Notes: generated from the sequence alone by a model not told the origin. DNA of 64,000 nucleotides from the human T2T-CHM13v2.0 reference genome, Homo sapiens (GCF_009914755.1 NC_060935.1); one strand, 5' to 3'; numbered from the stretch's first letter, positions 1 through 36,446 are shown. Numbers and translations: made by a program.

Positions 1-13
1 GAGGGGCACTTAA
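1..13 (+). CDS. VPS11: Last codons (R-G-T-stop) of VPS11, HOPS/CORVET subunit; rest of gene lies upstream of the window
   Basis: AGG GGC ACT TAA at 2-13 matches the recalled VPS11 C-terminus (...RRGT); followed by a ~330-nt UTR and AATAAA; sits directly upstream of HMBS as expected from synteny. Only 4 codons are visible. Confidence 0.75.
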
Positions 14-337
14 GCAGCCTGGAGGAAGATGTGGGCAACAGTGGAGGACCAAGAGAACAGACACAATGGGACCTGGGCGGGCGTTACACAGAAGGCTGGC
101 TGACATGCCCAGGGCTCCACTCTCATCTAATGTCACAGCCCTCAGAACTAAAGCGGACTTTCTTTCCCTGCCTTCTTATTTAGTCAGCTTGCCATCCCTC
201 CTCTTCACTAGCAGTGTAGATCATTCCAGATCAGTGGGGGAGGGCACCTCAGCAACCTCTGAGTGTGGACAATAGCTGCTTTCTTCTCTATCCAAGAGCA
301 CCAGGCTGTGCTTGGGTCCTTGCTCTCAGAGTCTATA

Positions 338-343
338 AATAAA
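338..343 (+). terminator. VPS11: VPS11 poly(A) signal AATAAA
   Basis: AATAAA followed by T/GT-rich downstream sequence. Confidence 0.75.
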
Positions 344-958
344 AGAATATAATGATTTGGGAGCTTAAGGATTTTTTTCTGGGGACTTCCTGGTGATTCT
401 TAACTGCATGATGGACTTCCTTCCCTCTGCTCTCCTGGCGTTCCACTTCCCTCCTACGGTTTTCTTGGAGACCATGTTGACTCAGTCTCGTTCTGGTAAT
501 GGGTGGGGCCTGTGGCATCGCATACAGTTCAATTTACTGAAGAACCTCTGCAAAAGACCTAATGACTGAGCTCCAGGAGCAGCCTGGACCAAGACCCCCA
601 AAACAGCTCTTACTCTTTCCTCTTCCTGGTCTCTATGGCTGTAGTTTGGGCAAAATATTCAAGCAGGAGGCAGATTCTGGTAGGGAGCTTTGGGCTTAAC
701 CTACCTTAAATAATGGGTAGGTTGGTGTCTTGCTATACTTAATACCAGATGATAAACGGGATAAAAGGTCCTTTCTGGAAACACCTTTCCCTCTCTGAAA
801 TTGTCAGCTAAAGTTTATGTTGCTAGGTGTCCCCGTGTAATTTGGGTGGTGCTGCCTGTCTGAAAATTGCTCCTATGTTGTTGTTTTCCCCACAGCCTCA
901 CCTAATTTCATCTTCTACGTTGTTTAATTGGAGGACGTAAGTTTGACACTGTGGTTTA

Positions 959-1284
<326 letters not shown>

Positions 1285-1419
1285 CAGTGGCAGTATTGTA
1301 GCTGCTATGCTATGAGTAGACTTTGCATCTACTGAGCTGGGTTTGAATCCTAGTTGTGCTGTTTGACTTAAGGCACATCTTACCTTCTCAACATGTTTTT
1401 TTTTTTTTTTTTTTGAGAT

Positions 1420-1581
1420 GTATTTTTTTTCAGTGGGTTTTTGGGGAACAGTTGGTATTTGGCTATGTGAATAAGTTCTTTAGTAGTGATTTCTGAGATT
1501 TGGTGCCCATCACCCAAGCAGTGTACACTGTACCCAATGTGTAGTCTCTTATCCCTCACCCTGCTCCCACCCTTTCCCCCT
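1420..1581 (-). mobile_element. L1 3'-end fragment (L1PB-like) inside a MIR remnant
   Basis: ttttggggaacagttggtatttgg...cccatcacccaagcagtgtacactgtacccaat resembles an antisense L1PB 3' end. Confidence 0.7.
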
Positions 1582-1699
1582 CAACCTGTGTCTTCATCTG
1601 TACGTTAGGGATTATAACACCTATGCTGTGTGGCTATTATGAAAGCCTAAGGATCAAATAGGTGTTCAGTTCTTTGTACAGTGCTGAGCACATGGGTGA

Positions 1700-2312
<613 letters not shown>

Positions 2313-2337
2313 TGATTATTAATAATCATGATTGTTA

Positions 2338-2688
<351 letters not shown>

Positions 2689-2788
2689 TCACTACATGTA
2701 GGTTTGTGCTCCCACTTCAGTTACTTGTCTTTAGGCATGACCTTTAATCTCTCTGAACCAGTTTCCTCATTTTAAGAATTGAAATGCT

Positions 2789-3088
2789 GGCTGGGCCAGT
2801 GGCTCACGCCTGTAATCCCAGCACTTTGGGAGGCCAAGGCGAGATGACTGCTTGAGTCCAGGAGTTCGAGACTAGCCTGGGCAACATAGTGAGGCCACCT
2901 CCCCGCTGTCTCTATAAAAAAATCTAGAAATTAGTCCCACGTGGTGATGTGCGCCTGTAGTCCCAGCTGCTTGGGAGGCTGAGGTGGGGGGATCGCTGAA
3001 GCCGGGAGGTCAAGGCTGCAGTGACCCGTGGTCATGCCGCTGCACTCTAGTCTGGGGACACAGTGAGACCCCGTATCAAAAAGAAAAA
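2789..3088 (+). mobile_element. Alu (J-like) upstream of the HMBS promoter
   Basis: Alu consensus. Confidence 0.85.
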
Positions 3089-3179
3089 TGCTGCCTATTT
3101 CAAGGTTGTAGCAAAGCTAAGTTTGAACAGAGCAAAGGAAGCGCCATAGAAGCTGCACTACTTGCTCATGTCACAGCTG

Positions 3180-3424
3180 GGGAATGGGGAGGTCGAATGG
3201 GGAGGTCCACTGTCGCAATGTTCCAATTCCCGCCCAGAGGGAGGGACCTCCCCTTCGAGGGAGGGCGCCGGAAGTGACGCGAGGCTCTGCGGAGACCAGG
3301 AGTCAGACTGTAGGACGACCTCGGGTCCCACGTGTCCCCGGTACTCGCCGGCCGGAGCCCCCGGCTTCCCGGGGCCGGGGGACCTTAGCGGCACCCACAC
3401 ACAGCCTACTTTCCAAGCGGAGCC
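3180..3424 (+). promoter_or_regulatory. HMBS: HMBS housekeeping promoter / exon 1 5'UTR in a CpG island
   Basis: CpG-rich and TATA-less; ETS-CRE composite CCGGAAGTGACG at 3268-3279; 13-nt tandem GAATGGGGAGGTC x2 at 3182-3207. Confidence 0.85.
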
Positions 3425-11666
<8,242 letters not shown>

Positions 11667-11910
11667 CTGGTTTGTGGGGCACAGATGCCTGGGTTGCTGC
11701 TGTCCAGTGCCTACATCCCGGGCCTCAGTGCCCCATTCTCACTGCTATCTGGGGAGTGATTACCCCGGGAGACTGAACTGCAGGGTTCAAGCCTTCCAGG
11801 GATTTGCCTCACCTTGGGGCCTTGATGACTGCCTTGCCTCCTCAGTATGTGGGGGCTTCATCTCTTTAGAGAAGTCCAAGCAACAGCCTTTGAATGTAAC
11901 CAATCCTACT

Positions 11911-11916
11911 AATAAA
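11911..11916 (+). terminator. HMBS: HMBS poly(A) signal AATAAA
   Basis: AATAAA 245 nt after the stop, followed by GT-rich gtgttgtgtgtg. Confidence 0.9.
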
Positions 11917-12275
11917 CCAGTTCTGAAGGTGTTGTGTGTGCGCGTGTGGAGTTGGCGGGAAGATAGGAACAAACACAAAGCCCTTTCATCCTTACCTCAG
12001 AGGCTGGGACTTTTGCCCAGAGTTCTCCTGGTACGTCCTTTCTGCTTCTGCCTCAATAGTTTTCATTTCACACAGAATAAATTGTCTCCCAGGAACACCA
12101 AGAAACAGAGCCACAATCTTAAATTCCTATGGTTTGCCCCTTCAGTTAACAGTAGAGCCTGTTTATATTGCATGGCCCCTCCCACCCCTATTATCAGGAA
12201 AGTATAGAAAGTCACTAATTCTACAACTCTCTTGCAAAATGAAAACAAATGCTCCATTTAAAAAAAAAACAATCC

Positions 12276-12281
12276 TTTAAT
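12276..12281 (-). terminator. H2AX: H2AX poly(A) signal ATTAAA (long polyadenylated mRNA)
   Basis: TTTAAT on + strand, ~1.07 kb after the stop, with T-rich downstream sequence on the - strand. Confidence 0.8.
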
Positions 12282-13255
12282 AAAATTAGTCCATCTAAAA
12301 CTCCCCAATGCCTAAGGTTCTAGTCGTGGAAGGGTTAGCTGCAGAATTCCAGTTCAGAAGCCAACGGAGGCTCAGTCCAGACAGGGATTAACCGACTTGT
12401 GCTGGTATCTAGGTGCTTGGATTGCCGAGTTGAGTTTGCTGGAAGGGAAATGGGGCGGCGTCGGGGGGCCCGACAGGCCTGGCTGCCAGTCGGCTTCCGC
12501 GAAAACGACTCTTGCTGTCCACATAGCCAGCCGTGAAGCCAAACTGCAGGCCTCTGCCCTCCCCTAAATGTCCTCCTAGGAGGCAGTCACTCGGGAGGAA
12601 GATGTGCCTGTTACCAAGTGCTTCGTCCCGGCCCCAGCGCAGACCTATGAATGAAGATGGAGGGAGAGCTGATGTGAAAGGCCTGGGTCCCGGCCGCAGA
12701 AGGGGCGCCAGACCGAAATCGGCGATCGCGTCTCTCCCACCAAAGCCTCCCGGCCAGCGGCCGCGTCTGAAAGTCCTGGGCTAAGCACCACGCCGGGGGG
12801 GTACCAGACACCCCGGCTGCAGCTGCCGAGGGCCTCACTCACCTTCAGGGCCGCCGGCCTCTCGGCCTGGACTGCCCACCTCGGCCCTGCGTCAGAGCGG
12901 AAGGCCAAGTCTTCCAGAAGGTGCTGCGGCCTCCCCGCAGCCCCTTAGCGACTCGGGATGGGGCGGCTGAGTCACGAACGCCGAGGCGGGCAGGTGCGGC
13001 GCCGCCGGCCTCCCCCCGGCAGGCTCGGGTCTTCCGCGCCACGGAGGTCCCCGAAGAGCGCCCAAGCCGCATCCGGAAGGCCCGAACCCTACCGGAGGGC
13101 GGACGGCGGACAGGGCAGGGCCCGAGGCCGACGCGGCAGGCGGTGCGGGACGGGAGCGGGGGCGGGCGGGGACTCGAGGCCGGGCGGCGAAGGCGGGCGA
13201 GGGGAGGGGAGGGGAAGGGAGCCGCGGCCCGCTTGCCCCGCAGTCTGAAGCGGCT

Positions 13256-13265
13256 CAGCTCTTTC
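13256..13265 (-). promoter_or_regulatory. H2AX: Histone downstream element (U7 snRNA site) GAAAGAGCTG
   Basis: Purine-rich AAAGAG core ~15 nt 3' of the stem-loop. Confidence 0.9.
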
Positions 13266-13280
13266 CATGAGGGCGGTGGT

Positions 13281-13296
13281 GGCCCTTAAAAGGGCC
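13281..13296 (-). terminator. H2AX: Histone 3' stem-loop GGCCCTTTTAAGGGCC (SLBP site)
   Basis: 6-bp stem/4-nt loop consensus flanked by CAAA and ACCAC. Confidence 0.97.
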
Positions 13297-13345
13297 TTTG
13301 TGGTGGCATGGGGAGGCCTGGCGGCCGGCCGCGGCGCGGGCCCTC

Positions 13346-13816
<471 letters not shown>

Positions 13817-13849
13817 CTAGAACAGACGCCCGCCGCAGTGTAACTGCTG

Positions 13850-14110
13850 TCGCGCGCGCGCCGCGAGGCCGCCTTTATAAGCCCCCAGGACACACCTCTG
13901 CGCCCTCCTGATTGGCTCTTTTCTCCAATACCCGCCTCCGGTTGGTTGCGGTTAACCCTTGGGTGTCGCGGCTCGGCTGAGGGAGCGCGCCCGCTGATTG
14001 GTCGAATTTGAAAACCTTTTGCCCGGGGAGAAAAGGCGAGGAGGAGGGGTAGCACGCAGACTGCCAACTATCCGCTGATGTAGCCAATCCTTGTAAAGCG
14101 CGCGAGATTT
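13850..14110 (-). promoter_or_regulatory. H2AX: H2AX promoter
   Basis: TATAAA (tttata 13874-13879); CCAAT boxes at 13911-13915, 13925-13929, 13997-14001, 14084-14088; CHR-like TTTGAA 14007-14012; CpG island spans the whole gene (~12430-14200). Confidence 0.88.
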
Positions 14111-14332
14111 AAACACTACAATCGGAAACCAGAAGCGGAAGACCAAAGGGGTGGAGTCTGAGGCCACCTAGAGAGCGTCTGGGAAATCTGTGCCGGCGTA
14201 GGATTTTTAAAGGAAAGGGGTCAATATTATAGCTACTGCAGCCCTCCTTTCCAGGTCCAGTCACTCCCTACTCCCTTCTCCTACCTGACAAAGGGAGAAT
14301 GGAAAAGTGAAGAAATTAGACCCCTTAAAAGT

Positions 14333-14643
14333 TTTCTTTTTTTTCTTTCTTTCTTTTTTTAATAGACCGGGTGTCACTGGCTCTGTCACCCAGGCTGGAG
14401 TGCAGTAGTGTGATCTCAGCTCACTGCAGCCTCGAACTCCTGGGTTCAAGGAATCCTCCCTGCTAAACCTCCCTCGTAGCTGGTACTACAAGTGCTCCAC
14501 CACACTTGGCTAATTATTTTATTTTTGTAGAGACGGAGTCTCGTTTTGTTGCCCAGGCTGTCTTGAATTCCTGGGCTCAGGCAATCCTCCTGCCTCAGCC
14601 TCCTAAAGTGCTGGGATTACAGGCATGAGCCACTGCACCCGGT
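14333..14643 (-). mobile_element. Alu (J-like) between the H2AX promoter and the DPAGT1 3' end
   Basis: Antisense Alu consensus. Confidence 0.88.
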
Positions 14644-14909
14644 GACTCTTTGAAAGTTTGTTCCCATGCCAGGAAACAGGATAACTTCAATTTTGTGGCC
14701 CTCCATGCCACCTCTAGTATCAGGATTTAAATATTTATTCAATATGTTCTGTTTGGTCTCAGTTCTGTTCACTTCTTGTTAGACGGGGTCTGATGGGGCA
14801 GAGAGATAGGCATCCTGTTGGAGGAAGTACCCCCACCACCCCTCCCAATCTACCCAAAAATGCCCATATAGGAAATATACCTACATAAACAATAAGAAAA
14901 AGACAACAC

Positions 14910-14915
14910 TTTATT
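14910..14915 (-). terminator. DPAGT1: DPAGT1 poly(A) signal AATAAA (second candidate at 14734-14739)
   Basis: TTTATT on + strand ~465 nt past the stop; T-rich downstream on the - strand. Confidence 0.8.
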
Positions 14916-15380
14916 GTCTCCATTGAGAGCATGTGGCCCCCTGCTTAGTTCTTACTAATCAGAACACTTAATTTACAATCAAATGACATGTCACCGTGGA
15001 GCCTGTGTTCCTAGCCCTGGCCCAAGTTCTATCCCAAAAACCAGTGGTTCCTTGAGAGTCAGGACTCTGAAATGTGAGTGTGGATAACTGCAAAAAAAGC
15101 TGCTGTATCCCACCCTATGAGGCTGCAAAGATGGGATGGAGAGGGAGAGAGTAGCAAGTTGCAGAAAGCCATAGGTAAAATCCAATCAGTAGTCAGCAGA
15201 GGGCAAGAAACGCCCAGGATGCCAATGATCACAGAGAAAGGAAAATGCTGAGAACAAAATCTGGAGGAGTATGAAGAGTGAGAGAGGCCTGGGCAAGGAG
15301 GCAGTCTGGGACCAGAGAGAGAGGTCAGCCTGAGTCAGGAATCCTAGAGACTGTGAGGTAAAGGACAATGATCAAGGGAC

Positions 15381-20800
<5,420 letters not shown>

Positions 20801-21238
20801 GATAGTGTAAATTCTAAAGCGTAGATCCTTGAAAAGCCCCTCCCACTCTGTTTTTCTTGTCCTCGATTCTGGTATTTTTTTCTCAGCATCCCACCCACCT
20901 TCTGCCCCAGCTGTAGCAGTTAGTTGCCCGGCAACCCAGCGCAGCACTTCACTGAGGGATTGGGAGTACCCTCAGGTCTTGGATTTAACTCGAGACTTCA
21001 GCTTGGCCGTGGATCACTGCATTGTACCTAGCTCCCACAAGGAGGAGATGGAGATTTCCAGGCTGAGGCTCTGGAAAGAGCTGAGGAGGGAGAGGAATCA
21101 GACCCACAACTGATTTCCTGTGAGTCTGAGGAACTCCCAGTCAGGTTTCTTCCTGTAGGTCACTGTGCATTTTGCTTGGCCTCCTGCAGGTTGCTGTGCA
21201 TTTTGCTTGGCCTGTTCCCCTGCAAACAACAATTCACC

Positions 21239-21625
<387 letters not shown>

Positions 21626-21787
21626 TGATTTCCATTTGTCAGAGAGGAAGTCACCACCAATGAGTTAGGGAAAGGACTCCAATAGCCTAGCGCTTTGTCC
21701 ACTCTTCCCTCTATGGCATGTTCCAGGAGTCAGGGTCATGTTGACCGTTTTTAAGCCGAAGATAGTTTCTTCTTTCCCTCAAAATCA

Positions 21788-22098
<311 letters not shown>

Positions 22099-23704
22099 TA
22101 AATCAGATGTGAAATGGCTTTTCTACTTGAAAATGGCTCTAATTAACAACAACAAAAACCCAGATATGTATAAAATACATAAATTTTCGTAATTTACTTG
22201 CTAGTATTCCACCAGATTTTCAGTACTTATCCCACTGCTATTATTTTTCTGTGTGTGTTGTGTGTATGCACGTGTGCCCCTTTTAAACTAGAAACTCCCG
22301 GGAGGCAAGTGTTTTCTCTTCCACAGGGTGTCCCCATGGGGCTAGGAACACAGACATCTGTGTACAAGGAAGGCATCATCACACATAATGAGGCTGAGGC
22401 TGAAAGGAGGACTGAGGGCAATAGGTGCATATGGAGGGAGCAATTAGTTGTGACCAGAGTAAGTGGTCTTGAGGAAGAGAAGTATCATTTCAGTAGATTA
22501 TAAGAGTAGAAGGACCTTTCACAGGCAGCGACAGTGAGACGCCAGAAGCAGGTGGAAAGGAGGAGCTTGTGGGATCCCAGAGGAGGCAGCATTCAGTTAT
22601 CTTGTTGATGACGAGTATACTGAGACTCCCTGGAGGTCTGAGAGCCAGTCTGTATCTATTTCCTTTTTTATTAGGAGGCCAATCCTAATAAATCTTCCTT
22701 CCCAGCCTGGTATTGGGAAGCTTTATCTCTTTCTTCTCCAGAGATCATTAGCCCTCCCTACCACCACCCTCCTGGGGAGGGTGGGAGGATGTAATCAAAG
22801 ACAAGAGAGACTAAGGATTCATCATCCACATATACATGTTACTATCAGAAAATGGTTACTAAGATACTTGTCAGATAATCTGAGTATTTTTGTTCCCATG
22901 ATGATAAAGTCCCAGTTGATGATCAGACTAATCAGAAGGAGAAACAAACACATGACTTTTGGCTTCACTTGAAATTGTGTGCCTTCCCTGGTAAAAGTTC
23001 AAAGCGTTTTCCTGAATGCTGAAGCCGGCCCTAGGATTCACAGACCAGTTGACTTGTCAGTGGCCCTGGACTGAGCAGACAGTGTTTGAGATGCACATCT
23101 CTTCTAAGTAGCCTTGAGTGGCTCCCAATGAGCAAGGCCAATCCACTGAATGTGATTGCTAGACAAAGCCTGTCCCAAAAATGTTTCATAGTGCCACAAA
23201 GACAATGAGACCCCTCTGGATAGTCTGGGGCTGTGATACTTGCAGGACTCTATCTGTGGCTCTGTCCAGTCAGCTGAATCACTCTTTTTCCTTTTCCTCC
23301 CACCTCTCCCCTCTTAGTCTAGAAAAAAGTTGTTAATTAAAAGCAAGCCCCAGGATTTCCCATTCCACTGGTATGGCATGAATGATATTTCAAAAGACAG
23401 AAATGGCATAGAAATTCTCAAAGCATACTTGAGTATTTTCTGTTAGACTTCTTAAAATTACAAAGTTTGTTAATCCCTACTATGTGCATAGGAAGCTCTT
23501 CAGTACTGTGGAGGATACAAACTAATATAATTGCAGTTGCTTGCCCCCAGGGAGTCTACTTCAGCATATTTGGAGCATCTTGGTTGAATTTGAGGGAAGA
23601 GAGATGACTAAGACATGGTTCCCACCCCTAGGCAGCTTCCTGATGCATGGAAAAAGCAGACATATAAACAATCAGCTAGACTCTAAGGCAGAATGTAAGT
23701 GCTA

Positions 23705-24046
<342 letters not shown>

Positions 24047-25539
24047 AGGGAGGACTAACTAGGGAGACTCATGTAACTAGGTAGACTCACAGTTCAGATA
24101 CTGAATTGTGAAGCAGTATCTGGCAGCATAGGACCAAGCACTCAGTGGAGAAGTTGAGGGAATAAATCAAAGAAGTCAGAGAATGGAGATCACTAGGGGG
24201 TCTGAGGGTTCCTGAAGGATTCTTGGGGGAAGAGGGTCTTCATAGGGAAAGCTTCTACCTGGACAACTTCCTGCATAACCTGCTCCCCTAAACCCTAGCT
24301 GCTCTTCCCACTGACAGCTTCCTCCTGCATCCCTGGTTCTGGCCCTGAGTTCTCTCCTCCCTTGATTTCATGTCTTCTCCTCCCTTTGAGATTAGAAACC
24401 CAGACTCTAGGAATCTCCACTGATTTGGCAGTCCAGTGACAATGCATGGGCAGGGCCACAGGAGGTTACCTCATTCACCCCCACCTCTCCCCATCATTCC
24501 TTACAGGGAAATCTAGGGAGGCCCAGGCTACCCCACCACCTCCTCTGGCTCAGACAAACCTGTTGCTGACCTGTCAGTTTCTGTCTAGCCCTGCCATCCC
24601 ACACTTCAGAAGGCATTGTTTATTCTCTTATTCTCATGTGCTCATTCCTCAGACAACTACTTGGGTTTGGGAGAAAGATACTTAACACCTTTCCATCCTA
24701 CCTCTTTAAGAAAGGGACTGTGTGCCAAAGACCTTCCCACATGTATGAAGAAGGGGCTCTTGGGAGAATGTGAATTCCCCCAGGATTCCTTTGAATCCTT
24801 TTGCAGGTATTTCCTTCCCCTGTCCTCAGCAAGCATTGATGAGCCCCAGTCCTGTAGAGGTTGAATCAACTCCTTGAGTCTAGGAAAAGATGGCTTCTGA
24901 GGCCAGAGGTTGGGCAGTGTACCTACAGCACCATTTCTTGGGAGCTTGTTGGGATATCACATACTTAGAGTGGCAAGGTCTTGTGGCTGAATCTATTGAT
25001 AGTCCAGTGCTACATTGCCAGCTCCCTTGTCATTACCACCCCCTCTACACGTGCTCCATAGGCAGGAGCTGTTACTATGGAAATACATTATTTTTAAAAA
25101 CAGACACACAGCCTGGGCTTGGGAATCTCCAGAACAAACCTACACGAGCAAGGAGGTTAATGGGGCTGTTTCTGGGTCCAAGCTCCAAGAGGAAGGAGGG
25201 TGATGATGGTGGGGGGAATTCAAATTCGGTGTTCTACTCTCAACCTCTCCCAGCTTCAGGTTCTGCTTTCTCTCTGTTGACATCAGCTGGACCTCTGCCA
25301 GACACTTCTATCTGGGAGGGACGCTCTGCGTCTCCTTACCCTGGGCCTAGCTTCCCCCAGGAAATGGGAAGCTAGAAGTCGCTGAGTCTGGGGGTGTTGG
25401 GAGAAGGGGGCGGTGATTTCCACAGGGGTCACCTCCTTCTTAACCTCACAGGCGTCCGACCTGTGGAAATCTAACAAGCATAGGGGAAAGCAAAGGCAGC
25501 ATCTTAGGTAAGTGAAGTTACTCTTGCCTTGAGCTGAGT

Positions 25540-26122
25540 GTGGGAGCACCGCGATTGCAAGATGGGGCGAGGTGATCAAAGATCCCGCCTATTTTCCACC
25601 CCGGAACCTCCTCCGCTCGCTGCTAGCCCTCCCGCCCTCCTCCAGCGAGGGAGCGCCAGGCTGTCCTGGCCCCGCCCGGCGCGGGTGCGGCTCCTTTAAG
25701 GGCGGGTGGGGGCGGGGCGCCGGCGGTGTTGTCAGTGTCAGCTCTGCGCACGCAGCCCTCCCGGAGCCGGTGCCGGCCCGCGAGCCCCAGCGTCTCTGCA
25801 GACCAGTCCCCTCCAGGGTCCGGCGGGGCCCGCGCGGTGGGAGGAGTCGGGCACTGGCCGGCGACTAACGGGTCCGACTGCTGACCAAGCTAGGAGAGAC
25901 CCGGACCACGGAGACAGAGACCCCGGCATCGCGACCCCCGAGGACCTCCTCTCCTCGCCCTGTGGCACCCACTAGTCCTGGGCACTCAGTCGCGGAGAGC
26001 CCCCGACCCCGCGCGCCCAGCCCCGGGGGAGCCCACCTCCTCCCCGCGGCCCGCCCGGGCCATGCTCCCCCGGGGCAGCGGCTGAGCCCCAGCCGGGACC
26101 GGGATCGGAGCCCGCGCGGAGC
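25540..26122 (+). promoter_or_regulatory. C2CD2L: C2CD2L CpG-island promoter and 5'UTR
   Basis: Very CpG-rich; GC boxes / G4-forming GGGCGGGTGGGGGCGGGG at 25700-25717. Confidence 0.8.
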
Positions 26123-34630
<8,508 letters not shown>

Positions 34631-35469
34631 GGACCCAGCTCTGAAAGGGCACGAGTTCTCTCAGCCCATTCCCCACCTCCCCTTCCATACCCCTTCCTGG
34701 ATCTCCAGTGCCTGGGCCAGGAAAGCCCTCTGGGTTCCGGGAAGCCCCGTCCACCCTGGGCCATGGGGCCGGTTGGAAGGATACTTGGAACGGGAAGCAC
34801 ATGAGAGGTGGGCACCCGGTGCCGAGGACATGGACGAGGGACTGGTGGCTGGGAGGGAGAGGAGGGCCCTGTCCGGCATGTGTGGGTATTCCCCAGAAGC
34901 ATTTGCCTCCTGCTGAGCCTGGTCCCTGAGCGGAGTCCCAGGGTGCTCAGCTCTTCAGCTGACCCTTCTTCCCTTATTTATTCTCTTTTCTATTTATATG
35001 TGTGGCTTAGGACCCTCCGTGAACAGATGATAGAGGGCATCTCTCCCAGGTGACCCTTCTTTTCTGTCCCAGGAGGGTGGGTAATTCCCTTTGGGATGGG
35101 GCTCCCACACCTCCCTCAGGTCCCCACTCAGACCAGCACCAGTGTCTGCCTCTGAGAATGTTGGCAGCTCACAGAGAGCAGGGCCGGCCCGGGATGGGGG
35201 GCAGGTACTCCCCACCTTCCTGCCTCCCCTCCTGCTCCTCATCCCTCCCTCCCCCTTTATTACCGTTTTTTGTACTTGATGCCTTCTCTGTGAGCAGTGG
35301 CTCTGTGGGAAGGAGGGAGCCGGGAGCCTGGTGGGAAGCCTTCCCCAGAGAGATGGCTTTAGGGGCTTTATTTAAAGACTGTGATGATGGAGCCACGCAA
35401 GGCTGCACCTCTGTGTGTTGGGAGACGATGATGATGTCCATTGCTGTGTGATGGCTTGGAATTTAATTT

Positions 35470-35475
35470 ATTAAA
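35470..35475 (+). terminator. C2CD2L: C2CD2L proximal poly(A) signal ATTAAA
   Basis: First A(A/T)TAAA after the stop, with U-rich upstream context. Confidence 0.75.
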
Positions 35476-35789
35476 GTCAAATTGGAGTTTATAAACTGGA
35501 CAACTGGTTATCCTTTGAAAGGCAGTAGGCAGCCAGGCTGTGACATGGATGGTGTGGGAGGATGAGACAGGGGCCCGGATAATGAGGTTGGGTAGATGAC
35601 ACACATTGTGGATCTGCTAAGAAGTTCCTGCAGGAAAGAAGGGGTGTGCAGAGAAAGGATGGAAGAGACAGGAGGCTCTGGAGTATGAAATTGTAGCAAA
35701 AAACTCAATCAACTAGTACAGGTTAGTCTTCATTCCCCTTTCTGGAACAGGCTGCTCCTTCTAGGATGTAATGGAGATCAAAGCTTGGA

Positions 35790-35950
35790 CCCTGTAACTA
35801 GACTGCCTGCCTGGGTTTGAGTCCCAGCTCTTCTAATTACTTGTGTGACCTTGGGCAAGTTATGTAACCTCTAAGTGCCTCAGTTTTCTCATCTGTAAAA
35901 TGGGAACTTCAATCATCATGGCTATCATTTGGTTGTGGATGAGAAGTAAA
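35790..35950 (+). mobile_element. MIR SINE
   Basis: tgtgtgaccttgggcaagtta...cctcagttttctcatctgtaaaatggg. Confidence 0.8.
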
Positions 35951-36446
35951 TGAAGTGCTGAGTGTTAACTGTTGCCTCAGAAGAAACTGGGAGGGGGAAG
36001 TCTTAGAAGTGTTTCAACATAATAAAAGCTCTCTCATTCTGAAATGTGGGCAAATTTCAGGGATTGATAGATCCTAGCAAACTGTGTCCCTGGTTCCCGT
36101 GCTTGAGATCTTATACAGGACTTGAACCAGGTAAGCTGCTACAGGATATTGGGCAGAATGCAGGACCAGGAAGCAAGAAAACTGAGTCTGCCACAGACAA
36201 ACCAAGTGATCTTGAGCAGGCAACTTCTCCTTTGGGGACCTCAGTTTCCTCATATCTAAAATAAGGGTGACCTGGATAAACATTCAGGTCACTTCCAGCC
36301 TTGACATTCTATGACTACCTATATCTCAGGGTGTTTAGGGCACATGCCTTTGGGTAGATAGCATGTGGAAATTGTTACTATTCCCCATGCTCCTGTCCAC
36401 ACTACTCACCAAATATGAGATATCCGGGAAGAATGGAGGGTATAGA

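Noticed and set aside
13099-13111. Tandem GCGGAC (HINFP-like motif) in the H2AX 3'UTR suggesting local HINFP-histone regulation
   Set aside because: Short GC-rich motif inside a CpG island, expected by chance, and not in the promoter.
21151-21212. 31-nt imperfect tandem duplication upstream of DPAGT1
   Set aside because: Only two copies and no motif; ordinary slippage. Not an array, and nothing CRISPR-like occurs in this eukaryotic window.
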